In this document: positions 15,755 through 27,500 of the stretch, one piece after another
Layout of the letters: each line of letters starts with the position of its first letter
Numbering within the stretch: the first letter of the stretch is position 1
Assembly: GCA_964247055.1 (NCBI GenBank)
Contig: OZ176054.1
Coordinates: 10,044,001 to 10,108,000 of the forward strand
DNA from: Paragordius varius
Lineage: Eukaryota > Animalia > Nematomorpha
DNA: 64,000 nt
Direction of reading: 5' to 3'
Notes under the pieces: generated by a model
Seen by the model: the letters and a program-made list of their open reading frames with translations, nothing else
What the model was told of the DNA's origin: nothing
Database searches by the model: none
Made by a program: the position numbers and the translations under genes

Positions 15755-16859
15755 TATTAATTTAAAAAAATATTATATTACCTTATTTTTATGGAGTAAA
15801 CGTATAAGCTACCGAATTGTGATATTAATTTGTCTTTTTGATAATGTTGGCAGTAGGATTAGGAAGAAAGTGTATAATCATATGATATAAATTTGAAAAA
15901 AATAAATATTTTTAATTTAAAAATAAAAACATAATTTAAAGTTGATACAGATTTTAAAGATAACTAATGATGAAAAATTTAAACGGGTTAAAAAAATATT
16001 TTTATAAAAAATTTAAATTTATTTATAAATTTTTTTTTATATAATCGTAAAAAAGCAGGAGATTTCAAAAACGCAGCGGGACGTGGGACAAAGTGTGAAA
16101 AAGCGGGACGTCTGGTCACCTTAATTATATATATCACCATGTGGTTTGTTCTCTTTATCGTATGGGTACATTACAATGTGCACAAAATCGGGGTTACAAT
16201 AAATATCCTGATGAAATATACCATAGATATATATATCAGGATGATTATGGTTCTTTTTGAGAGATATGGGTATAAGAAAATATTTAAACTTTTGTGGCTG
16301 GTAACTGCTCCATAATCTAAAAATTGCAAAATTTATGCATATTATGTTATATAAATTATTTAGATAGAAGCAGAATTTTATTATTAATATATTATATGCT
16401 ATATTTAACAAGCAAGCTTTTATATAATTTAAATTTTTAGTGGACCTTGAAAGTCTAAAATATGACACTCTCTATGATGTGCACGTTATTTTAAACTAAA
16501 AAATGTCAAGATCGTGCGATAAGAATTTCGATATAAGCTAGATTATGACATTATTTTTAAAAAAATGCATGCATACTTTGCTTTAAAATAATTTTTAGCA
16601 AACTTGATGAAGTATATTTAATAGTATTTTGAGACAGAAAATACTATAGAACCATTTCTTCCAGTTCCTCAAATTTAAAAAACGTTTACTAGTAACATAA
16701 GTATAATTTTAGAACAAAATTCATACCAGGTATTTATGAGTTAAACATGTTATTCTTATTATTGTACATCAGCTTTTACATATTTCGTCAATCTCTCTGG
16801 TAATACTAATATGGCTGCTATGTTAAAAAACTAAGTCTTATATGATAAACCTTTTATAA

Positions 16860-17560
16860 ATTTTAACGTCTTCGAGAATCTCGAATGTAAAATAAATTCT
16901 ATCAAAAAGATTTCACAGTGCTTTCATTTTTTTACTGTGTGAGCCGGAGCATTGTCTTGGCCCATTTCGATGATTTTTTAATCAGTGGATGGTTTAAATT
17001 AATCATATGTGTGTTATAGCCTTGTGTATGAATCACCGGGTTTTAACCATAATATACTGTTCTGGTCCCACCAGACAGAGAGCATGGACTTTTTGACGAG
17101 GCGATTTTAGGAAGCCACATTTTTCCCGCTTTTGGCTTTTACCTCTTCTCCACTCGTCATAGTTCGATGCAAAAAGATTTTCTTTCGTGACTTATGAAGC
17201 AGGATTGTATAAATCACTGATTTTCGAATAGACCAATCCTAAGGTGCCTATTGGTGATTTTTGCAGATATCTGCTGTTTTTTGTGATATAAGTAATGCTT
17301 AAGCTAATTCTTAATATTGGATTAGGGTTATTATACAATAACTATTACACTATATTGCGGGGTGTATTACCTGAGCGCCCACACTCTTTCATAATTAAAT
17401 TTAGACTTTTAATATTTCAAAACCATGTTTCAATCGTGTTAATAAATAGAGCATGTACAGCATATGTTTCTTCCAGCAAACGACTCCCAACGCCATTTTC
17501 TTTGATAGCAAAAGGGCCACAGATGTTCTACGTAACGCTAGTTTTTGAGGAACTCTTATG
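16860..17560 (-). mobile_element. Mariner transposase pseudogene remnant
   Basis: Minus-strand fragments FLHRTMTSGE (FLxRIxTxDE), SMLSVWWDQ (KVMLSVWWD) and QDNAPAH are mariner DD34D-family motifs, with frameshifts. TIRs were not found. Confidence 0.8.
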
Positions 17561-18126
17561 TGTGTCGTTTATTATCAAATAAACGAAATGGAGTCTATAC
17601 CATAATCGTTTGCTTCTCGGAAGTAATCTCTCTTAAAACCCTGATAGTTTATTTGATGGACATATATTCAATTTCTGAGGTGATAGAGATGTTCAGAATT
17701 ATTCAAATAATTTTCGGTCTAAACATTTATCTTTTACTAAAAAATATTTAAGCATAATGCGCACAAATTTTGCGATTATATTTAAAATTACCACCTAAAT
17801 TGTAATAACTTTTTAAATTACTAGTAAGGCAGAAGTTATATATATATATATATATATATCGAATTTAGTTAAAATATGTTTCTGAAAGGTCTTATTAATT
17901 GATGATAATCCCAAAATGCTTTAAGAATCTTGCATATTTTTTATCAGAAAATATAAATTTTATCAAGAAATTTTTGTATGCATTGTTGTTAATTTATAAA
18001 TTCTTTTTTTTGAAAATCAAAAATTTTACTTTAGTCCATATCGTCTTTGACTTTTAACAAAAAGGTACTCAAACCTAAATCTTTGTGCCCTGAACTCGTT
18101 TTTATTTATTTCGGTGTATATATCTA

Positions 18127-18646
18127 TACCATTTGCACTTTAATAGTGTCCTTGAGCACTTCAAGTTGATCCTTGAACACTTCGAGTTCGTCTTTGAACA
18201 CTTCAAGTTGGTTCTTGAAAATTTCAGATTGGTCCTATATTTTAATTTATTTTTAACTTTTATCAATAAAACCGTGTACCACTCATATATATTTTTTTAA
18301 TCTAATTTCTTGATTTAACCAAATTTTTAAATCAACAACTCTTAATCATTCAGAAACTGTATACCCTTATTAGGTTTTTAAAATATATATTAATTTTAAT
18401 GAATTATTTAATTGAAAAAATATATAGGTTTTCTAAATTGTTAAAAAATTATTTGACAAACAAAAGTTTTTAAATGAATAATATTTATACAGAAAATTTA
18501 AGGTAAAAAATTTTAAAATAAAAAAATACATGTAAAAATGATGGTTAAATCCAAACTAAGGACCAACTAGAAGTGTTGAAGAAAAACTTTAACTATTCTA
18601 GGACAAATCTGAAGTGTTTAAGGACACTATTAAAGTGCAAATGGTA
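18127..18646. mobile_element. MITE with perfect 27-bp TIRs and ~21-bp subterminal tandem repeats
   Basis: taccatttgcactttaatagtgtcctt and its exact reverse complement, with TA at both ends. The repeat unit is approximately cacttcaagttggtccttgaa. Confidence 0.85.
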
Positions 18647-19254
18647 TATTTGGAGTAGGACTGTTCAATACAAACGGATTAAAGGTCCGCATTTTCGACT
18701 CAAAACCAGACAGGCCGCTATAAATTGTATATCCTTAAATTAATTATTATATTAGGTGTAAACAAAATTTTTTAAATTATGGAGTTTTGGGTTATATTTG
18801 GATTTTTTTCAATTCCTAAGGCGCACATAATATATCGGAGGGCCCCGTGTTAATTACCCCTGATTTATAATATAACTATCTGCATGTATGTCAGGCCACT
18901 ATGCTTGTATATGTCATAGTGCCCTTTATTACAAAAAATATTGCAAGTTAAGTCAAAAAAATTTTTATAACCCCACCCATTATATTCAGATAGTTAAAAA
19001 TTTTGTGAATACCACTGCAATATAAGTTGAAAAAATAAAAATATTTGTCTAACTAATATATAAATATATTTAGTAATAATTTTGATAAAATGATTTAGTT
19101 GCTAATTAAATTTTTTAGTGGGTAATAGTGTGCCATTATATCATATTCATTATGTTTGTATTATAAATTAAAATTAATTAAAATTGAAAAATATCACAAC
19201 AGGATGTAACAATTTTTAACACCCAAATAACGGTTAAGCAGTGAGCTTATTATA

Positions 19255-19410
19255 ACATTTGCACTTAGAGTGTCCTTAAAACATTTTAAGTTGGTCCCTG
19301 AACATTTAAAGTTTCTTGAAAACTTCAAGTTGGCCCTCGAACACCACTTAGAATTGGTTGTTGAACACTTTAAGTTGGTCCCTCAAAACTTCAAGTTGGT
19401 CCTTTAAAAT
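19255..19410 (+). repeat. Half copy of the 21-bp-periodic MITE
   Basis: catttgcacttagagtgtcc followed by acttcaagttggtcc units. Confidence 0.65.
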
Positions 19411-19665
19411 TTTTAATTAATGACATTCGCCAACCAAACCGCATATTTCACAGTCCCAAAAAAATAACCAGATAAAATCTTCTGATAGAAAATTATATCA
19501 GGATTATCAATGTGCTTTTAGCCCTTTGGAGTATTATGATAAAGTCATATACATTATTGCATAAGTGCTTCATATAGGAAACAGGCAAAATTTGCGCACA
19601 ATAAAATTTTTTTGGTGAAAGCTCGAGGTTTAATTTTAAAAAATATCACTAAAATATATTATAAA

Positions 19666-20103
19666 CTAGCGTAAATCTCGTGCTGCTACGCAGCCCGAGT
19701 AAGTCCTTCGGACCTCTGGGGGGTTCAAAGTTTGTATTTGAATGGTAGCAAATCACAAAGTTACATGAGGAATCAGTTTTTAGCGGGTAGCTCCTTACCC
19801 AGCAGCTATCATCAAAGAAACGCCTGACTAAAATTTTTGCCTTTTAATAGGGAATACGTGGAATCCGTATTAAATTTTACGGTCTCATACCTAGGGCGAA
19901 AAATAGATTTAAAAAATTATTTTTGTGGACTTTGTTATTTGAAAAAAATGGCATTTTACGGGGGTAGCGGGTAAAAAGAGGGCCTAAATCAAAAAAGTGA
20001 CTCGACTATGTTCGGCGCAATCGAAAATAAGTAAACAAAAATCATATTTGAAATAGTATGGTCCAACACATTCTCCAGATTTCCATTTTTATAAATATAT
20101 AGA
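19666..20103 (-). mobile_element. Non-autonomous Helitron, copy B
   Basis: Same TC...hairpin-CTAG termini as copy A, on the minus strand, between A and T. Confidence 0.85.
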
Positions 20104-20112
20104 TTACATATA

Positions 20113-20410
20113 TGATATAAAAACCGATATATATATATATATATATATTTATTTAGTATAATAACAAAACTGAATAATTTATTATCATCTGCGTGTCACA
20201 ATGATTCCTTATATACATTAGGAAATTTGGTTATGGCATTCACAAGGATAAAGTTGTCTGATTTAAACGTTGTTAAAGATAATAAGTATAAATAAAATAA
20301 TTTGCATTCACAATCAAGGTAATATATATTTTTAACGTAACAAGGACAATAGTGTATTATGCACTAAAAAAGAGAAGGATAATTTGCGTATGATAATAAC
20401 CCTTTTAACA
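20113..20410 (-). repeat. Probable 3' LTR of the Gypsy element
   Basis: On the minus strand a polypurine tract AAGGAAGAAGG is followed by TA and then TGTT (20410). A candidate ...TATCA end lies at 20113. The left boundary is uncertain and no second LTR was seen. Confidence 0.45.
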
Positions 20411-22902
20411 TACCTTCTTCCTTAAGCTTGATATCGGTTGGGTGGCTTTCGGGATCGAATCGGGTACCGGCAAGTCGTAGTAGGAGAATGTCACTTGTTT
20501 GCACGGGAGTATTCTCACTTGAAGGCGCACTTTCTGATTCCGGATTCTTCTCGATGTTTTTAGGGGTTCTTTTTTCATGTTCCATGGGATGTTTTCGGAG
20601 GTTGTTATCATTGTTGTTTAAGTTTGCGGATGATGAGTTAGGAATGCTGATTGATATTTCCGGGTTATCTAGATTTTTAGTCTTTTCCTCACTTCTCCCG
20701 CCTTCTCCTTCGGCCGACCAATCCATGCGATTCTTTAATTGATCAGCATGTTTGCGGATAATTTCGCCATTGTCGTTGACATTGTACGATAACCATCCCG
20801 TTCTGTCGAGGATTTGTCCCTCCCTCCAACCAGTACACAATTCAGTCTTGATATATACCTTTTGCCCCTTTTCAAACTCCTGCGGAATGTCGGGAGTATC
20901 CATGAATTCGTTGGGTTTCGGTTTCATCCATGTTAATGGGCTTTGCATAGTTCTTTTTAAAAACAAATGCGCGGGGGTCTCCTTCGTAGAACTGTGATGC
21001 GTGTTTCGGTAAGCCCATAAGATTTGGTTTAATCTTCGTACTAGGTCTGCGGAAAGGTCTGCGGATGGGGTTGACATTGAATAATGATTTTTTAGAGTGT
21101 AAATTACCCTCTCTACCAACCCATTTGTTCGGGGGTGGTAGGGAGCTGATGTTACGTGTTTTATATTAGAGGAAGCTAAAGTTCTCTCAAACTCCCCCGA
21201 TTTAAAATAAGAGCCGTTATCAGTAACCACCACTTTTGGGTACCCATACCGGCAAAAACAGGTTTCTAAAAACTTAAGGATATTACCAGTATTCACAGAG
21301 CGTAACGTCTCTACCACCCAGCGGGTGCAATGATCAATAAGTACCACCCAGTATAAATTGTCAATGGGTCCAGCGATATCTGGGTGGAGCCGTTCCCATA
21401 TGGTTGTATTCCCGTTCCATTGATAGGTGGGATTTTCGGGTACATTTGGGCGCAGCCTTTGGTAGTTTTGGTAACTACGCACCCATTTTTCGATATCCTG
21501 GCTCAACCCGGGCCAATAAACCTTTTCACGGCTTAATAGTTTCATTGCTTGAATTCCCAGATGGCCACTATGAAGGTATCTTAAAATCTCTGGCTTAATT
21601 TTGTTCGGCATTATTACCCGATCTCCCACAAATAATAGACCTTATGCATCCTCAATTTCATTTTTTATTGCGATGAAAGGATTGACCAGGGGTCCGTCCA
21701 ATTATTAGACCTTAGGGCTATTTTTAATTTTGCTATCGTAGGATCCTTTATCGACTCTTGATAGATAATTTCTCTATTTAAATTTAATTCGTTGGACCAA
21801 ATCAAATGAACATTGTTACTTTCATCGTCTTTCTTTAAAGCCATCGGCTCCTGGTTTTCAATCGGAAGTCTCGATAGGCAGTCAGTATTTTCTGTAACAG
21901 GGTGATATTCTATGTTAAAATAGAATACCGATGTTCTAATTATCCAGCGTACTAGTTTACAATTATTAATTTTACTTATATCTCTTTGAGGCCCAAATAG
22001 TTTCACTAGAGGTTTGTGGTCCTTGAGAGCATTTTTTTGTTGTGTAGGCGATCGGGTGATTACCCGCTGTTGTTCTATGTGATAAAATAGCACCGTATCC
22101 TGACATTGTCACGTCGGTTTCCAAGACTATAGGTAGTTTGGGATTATACGGATGCAAAGAACTATACTGTGGCAGATCAAGTCTTTAGCTTTTATGTATC
22201 GAATCATGCGTTAGCGTCCAACACCATTTTTGTTTGTTACCTGCTAATTTATGTAGTTCTCCCATTAAAATGCTTAGGGAAGGGATGAATTTTGCATGAA
22301 AATTAAGTAAACAAAAAAATGATCTAAGAGTGGTTTTGTTGGTTGGGGTCGGGCACTCTTGGATGGCTTTAATTTTATTTGGGGAGGGTTTAATGCAATT
22401 TTCAGAAATAATATGACCAAGATATTCCACAGATGGTTGAAAAAGTTTTATTTTATCATTTTAATCCCATTGTCTCCAATTTGGTAAATACCTTTATTAG
22501 GTTGTCCTTGTGCTTTGTCTCGGTTTCGCCTGTCACTATAACGTCATCTAAATAAACGGCGGTACCTGTGCAATCTTTTAATAACTCGTCCATTATTTGT
22601 TGAAAGAAACTTGGAGCGCAATTTAACCCAAAAGGCAATCGTTTATACTTATAAAACCCCTTATGTGTAGTTGTTAGTAACTGCTGACTATCTGGGTCTA
22701 CTGGAATTCGAAAATGGGCGTCTGTCAAATCTAGTGTCGAGAAAGATTTACCGAAGAAAATTTTTGAGATGAGGTCGTCAAAGGTTGGGATTATGCATTG
22801 CGGCGGTTTTATGTGTGGATTTATACTTATTTTAAAATCCGCGTATATTCTAAGCTCTTTATTCGGTTTTAAAATATTTACAGAAGGGCTGGACCAAACG
22901 AT
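20364..22902 (-). mobile_element. Ty3/Gypsy LTR retrotransposon pol remnant (RT-RNase H-integrase), frameshifted
   Basis: RT fragments DAHFRIP, RLPFG and VYLDDVI; RNase H fragments VLETDV and NTDCLSRLP. The integrase ORF 20364-21629 has HSGHLG, VYWPG, VVTDNGSYF, SAPYHPRTNGLVER and a GPY/F-like tail. Domain order is RT-RH-INT. No gag or protease. Confidence 0.93.
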
Positions 22903-22926
22903 CTTATCTTCATATGATATATATAT

Positions 22927-23402
22927 AACAAATTTAACAATTTATTTTCTGAGGGCCTTGGTTGCTGGAAAGACGAACCGATTAAAGTGTTTTTAAGTAA
23001 TAATAATTGTGGTAGAATTTTTCGAAAAAGAAGGGTGCCACTATCGTTACAAAGCAAAGTGGAGGATGAGATAAATAGATTGGTAAAACTGGATATAATT
23101 GAGCCTGTTGATCCAAAAAAGACTGGAATCGTTTGGTCCAGCCCTACTGTAAATATTATAAAACCGAATAAAGAGCTTAGAATATGCGCGGATTTTAAAA
23201 TAATATAAATCCACACATAAAACCGCCGCAATACCTAATCCCAACCTTTGACGACCTCATCTCAAAAATTTCCTTCGGCAAATCTTTCTCGACACTAGAT
23301 TTGAAAGACGCCTATTTTCAAATTCCAGTAGACCCAGATAGTCACCAGTTACTAACAATTTCTACACATAAGGGGTTTTATAAGTATAAACGATTGCCTT
23401 TT
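22927..23402 (+). mobile_element. Inverted second copy of the Gypsy RT N-terminus (fold-back arm)
   Basis: Translates LFSEGLGCWKDEPI...RVPLSLQSKVEDEINRLVKLDIIEPV...WSSP...RICADFK. Segment 23128-23402 is the reverse complement of 22630-22902. Confidence 0.88.
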
Positions 23403-24099
23403 TCGAAGGATTAAATCTTTAGATGTGGTCTCCAAAAATCCCAAAATTTTTTGCTCTTCTAAAATGGCTAGTCATCATAAATAAAGGCGAAAATTCCGGG
23501 ATTGCGAGATAAAAATTTGAATTATGGTTAATTTTTTGTTATCGATTAAAAATATTTTTAAAATTTGCATACTTATTTATAAAATTAATTTTTATCAAAA
23601 TTTTATTGAAGCGTAGTTCATTATGTTGAGTCATGATGAAAACGGTTAAAAAACGCTTAAGATATTACAAAAACAGTTTTTCCATATGATAATGCTGAAT
23701 ATACATACCGCTTCAGAATTCTAATTTGAAGGTTCGTTTGCATAAAACTTTCGTGTATTTTTGTCAAAAAACACAATATAACAAATTTGAAACCGAACGA
23801 ATTTTTTAATCAAAATTTAAGGTAAATGTGTAGCATCATCGAATATAGAAAAAATGTTTATATGATATTTATTATAACCGTTTCCAACATGGCTCAAAAT
23901 AGAATAAGGTACAGTTAAAAAAATTGTCGTACATTTTTGTAAAATATGCATTTTTTAAAAAAGATTTTTAGTTGAACGATATGTTAAACACTTCGTCAAT
24001 AGTAATCGCAGACTAGTTTCGTGCTTGTTAGCACTCATCAGTACCACACAACTATTTGACTTGGGGTTTTCAAATATGGATTTTCCAAACTTAAAAAAT

Positions 24100-24185
24100 T
24101 GAAGACCAACTTGAACTATCGAGGGTCCCATTTGATGCATTCAAGGACCAACTTAAAGTCAAGCCTCTTGAAGCAAATGATATAT
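24100..24185 (-). repeat. Degraded end of the 21-bp-periodic MITE
   Basis: gaccaacttgaa units ending in aagcaaatgata. Confidence 0.45.
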
Positions 24186-24534
24186 ATGTATAAAATGGTA
24201 TATTTATATTGTAATTTATTCAAAATTTACAGGCAATATAAAGATATGATAATAAAGTCAATTCATTCATAAGGACAATGGATAATATAAATATAATGAT
24301 GAAATTCGTGTAATATTTAGCAATCTCTATTCTTTAAAATACCTCTAATATTGATTGAATATTCTCCGTACATTCAATATTTTTTGGTTAAAAACATTCT
24401 TTCTTCTTCTTTTTCCGTTTCCATTAATATTTTGGGGTTGTAAAATGCGATCAAAAATGAATGCTGTTTGATAAAACGCAATCGCCTCCACAACACACTT
24501 TAATTTATAACATTTTTACCTATGTCAAAGATTA

Positions 24535-27500
24535 TCAAGATTTAGAAACTGGCAATACAGTTGTTGTCAATACATATGCCATATCATTACTATTGGCTGA
24601 TATGATGAATAAAATGTTAGCTATGATATTCGCCACATTCTGGTCCAAAATTTGTGACATAACAAGGGTGAGAAGTCGTGGTATCACAGATATAAATGCA
24701 GATTTATCATCAGCACGTGTAGCAAGAGCTAATAATAGATTGGCACATCTACGGAGCATGGCCAGCGAGGTTCCCATCAGTTCTGGGTTATCACGAAGCA
24801 TGGGAAATCCTTGGGTATGGATAATTCGACTAGCATTTGCTTCAATTTCCTCCAAGAAACCTAAAATAGCGGGTATGGCATGCGTCGATTGGCTTATGAG
24901 GTTAAGGATTAGATTGGATGTGTCTCCAACTGCTAACATGGAAAGTAAGATAAGAACCATTTCCTTGTACAATGTATGGCTGGTAGGTGCGCTACTCATA
25001 TCATGGTGATTAAAATATTGTAAGGATGTATTTGCTGTTGTATAGGCTAGGCATTCAATACAAAAGTAAATGGTTTGCTCAATCGTATCCAAATCTAAAA
25101 CGGCTAAACAGTAATCAAGATTTGTTTCAGACACCAAAAGTTTCGTTAATATTTCCAGTACTATAATGTTACGTGGTGTAAGTAAATTGGAAGCTATATT
25201 GGGTGAAAGATGTTTTAACCATGCTACATATTCGTGTCTATGGTCAAACTGTGATGATTCAGTTCTTGATTCATAATTGTTTCTAGTATAGGAACAATTG
25301 CATAATAGGGTATGGATAAGTCCATGAAAGAGATCACTGATACATTCATCAGAAAGAAGGGAGAGATCTATTTTACCACTTAAATTGGATAATATTACGA
25401 GCATATCTTTGCTGAGTGCTAACCAGCAATCCCTTTGGTATAAATCTAATGGCTTATGCTGTCGCATTAAATTAGTTTCGTCGATATTATTGATTTTATG
25501 AGACAATAATATTAATCGTATGGCTATCTTGAGAAAACGCTCGCATTTTGCAAGAGACATATCGTTAAAGGGCAAAAATGATAAACTTCGAAATATATTA
25601 CTTAAACATAAACAAAACCGATATAGATATGGTTCTGTAATGGCTTGGAGGCATTGTCGATTTACTTTAGTAGTATTATTATTGGGCAAAAGTGTTTGAT
25701 TGTGTGTACGAAACAATAAATTATGGTTAAAATTTAAATCAAAACTCAAATGCTGCATTTCATCCATCTCCAATTCATTCCTTGATTGACTCATAATAGA
25801 TGCGTGATATACATTAGTTTTAATAGAAGCACCTTTAACAATCCCCACGACCTTTTTTCGCCGTGAAAGCCATGTATAATTTTTACCATGCTTTATCTTT
25901 TCGCCCAAACATTTTAATTCGGAGATTGCTGTGTAATCTATTGATGCGGATGTGTTTTCTGGTGGTTTTAGTGTGGTCGAAGTTCGGTTATGATAGATTT
26001 GGCATAAACATTTTTCGAAAAATGTCAGTAAAAGATTCAAGATTGATGGGTAATGTGAGATATGAAAAAGTCCATTTTTGGATTCATCATTAAGGAATAT
26101 GGTAAAGGTATCAAGCACTGATGCAATTAAATAGGGTATGCCAGATCGTAATGCCAAAATCATTTTTTTCATATCAAACGCTGAACCTAATAAATTAAGG
26201 TAAAATTTATGCATATTCAACTGATATATTATGCAATGTAATGGTTCCAAAAAGGAAAAGAATAGCTTTAATATAAACATTTACCAATTTCTTTGGCTTG
26301 CAATTTTCGAAGTCGCAAATACTTTACACTGATAGATTCCACTACATTATATGGCAAATTAATATTACTTTCCTCCTTGAATGAGTGACCAAAGGGTAAA
26401 ACCTAATGGTTTAAATATAATATTAAGCCGTTTGATTACATTATTTATAACAGGGGTATTTAATATAAAATGGCTTAGAGGGCCGTATTTTAAACTCAAA
26501 AAAACGGCAGGCCGCATTTGAAATATATATGGGGATTCATAATATATGAAGATAAAAATATAAAATGCCAAACACAATAAAACAATTTAATTCGTGGTCA
26601 ATGACTAGACATATGTAGAAATATCAATTTCACTAAGATTTTGCGAGCACATTTTTGCAAATTATAATTTTAATTTTTTTGCGGGTCACATTAAGAATTT
26701 CGTGGGGCCTTTTGTTGAATACAGCTGATCTCTACAAGAAATGTGCTATTTTTGCTGATTTATCAACTTAGTACAACATTCAACATATATTGAAAGATTA
26801 AATATTAACCAACAAGATATGAATTCAACAGGGAAGCAAGCATACCTTATTATCAGGGGTGTGGAACCGGTTTATATAATTATGTTGACTGCAACTGGTG
26901 TAATTGGTCGCATCGTTGGCATTAACAGGGAGTCCAGGATAAAAGGGAGGTGTGGGACACGTGCCTGTGATCGAAGAATAAATTAATCCAGAAACTCCTC
27001 CTGGTATTCGACCGCCTGTGTAAACTGGCTTTCCGACTAAATAATTATTATTGCTGCTAAAATTGTAGTCTGTGGTAAAGTTGGGATAGGATATGTTTTT
27101 ATCATCACCCAAAGCATATTCCGGAAGAGCGGCTTGGCCACTATAGAGTGAGGATGTGCCAAAAGGTAGAGAAGGTCCAGGAATGCCATGACGATGTCCT
27201 GTCAAATAAAATAGAAATTATTTTTTATGTTAAATATGTTTTTTACGTTTAAAATGTTTTTTAACAATGTTTCGGTAGAGCCAATGAAAATATAATTTCT
27301 AAATATGACTGATGGTAAGCTTATTATTCGGTTAATTTTGAGAAAAAATACTTTCCAAAAACAACTAAAAATGTAGACATGATATGTGTATTCTCACTTA
27401 TGCCATACACCGAACTATGATAGTCGGGTGGTGGAGGAGGCGGTTGATTAGGATTGCCCACGCCCATATAAGGTGGCTGGGGAAAACTATTGGTTGGTAA

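Larger units (their letters stand above)
12609..16123 (-). mobile_element. hAT (Blackjack-like) transposon copy 1, transposase pseudogene
   Basis: TIRs taaggtgaccaga and tctggtcacctta with subterminal gcgggac repeats. The TSD is degenerate (tatatata/attatata). Frameshifted transposase fragments include AYCGDNTNTNFGG and PGTNAATERVFS. Homologous to 38682-41597. Confidence 0.9.

Noticed and set aside
18150-18240. Regularly spaced ~21-bp repeats resembling a CRISPR array (also 19270-19410 and 45110-45240)
   Set aside because: The units are contiguous with no unique spacers, lie inside MITE arms, and the context is eukaryotic with no cas genes.
20428-20997. + strand ORFs of 104 and 81 aa
   Set aside because: Antisense shadows of the Gypsy integrase.
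24461-25009. 182-aa + strand ORF overlapping the ARID1 3' exon
   Set aside because: Antisense to a conserved coding exon, with a TTG start and no recognisable domain.
26187-26280. MFILK... as the start of an independent 581-aa gene
   Set aside because: Intronic. BAF250_C homology joins 26285 to 26186 across a GT-AG intron.
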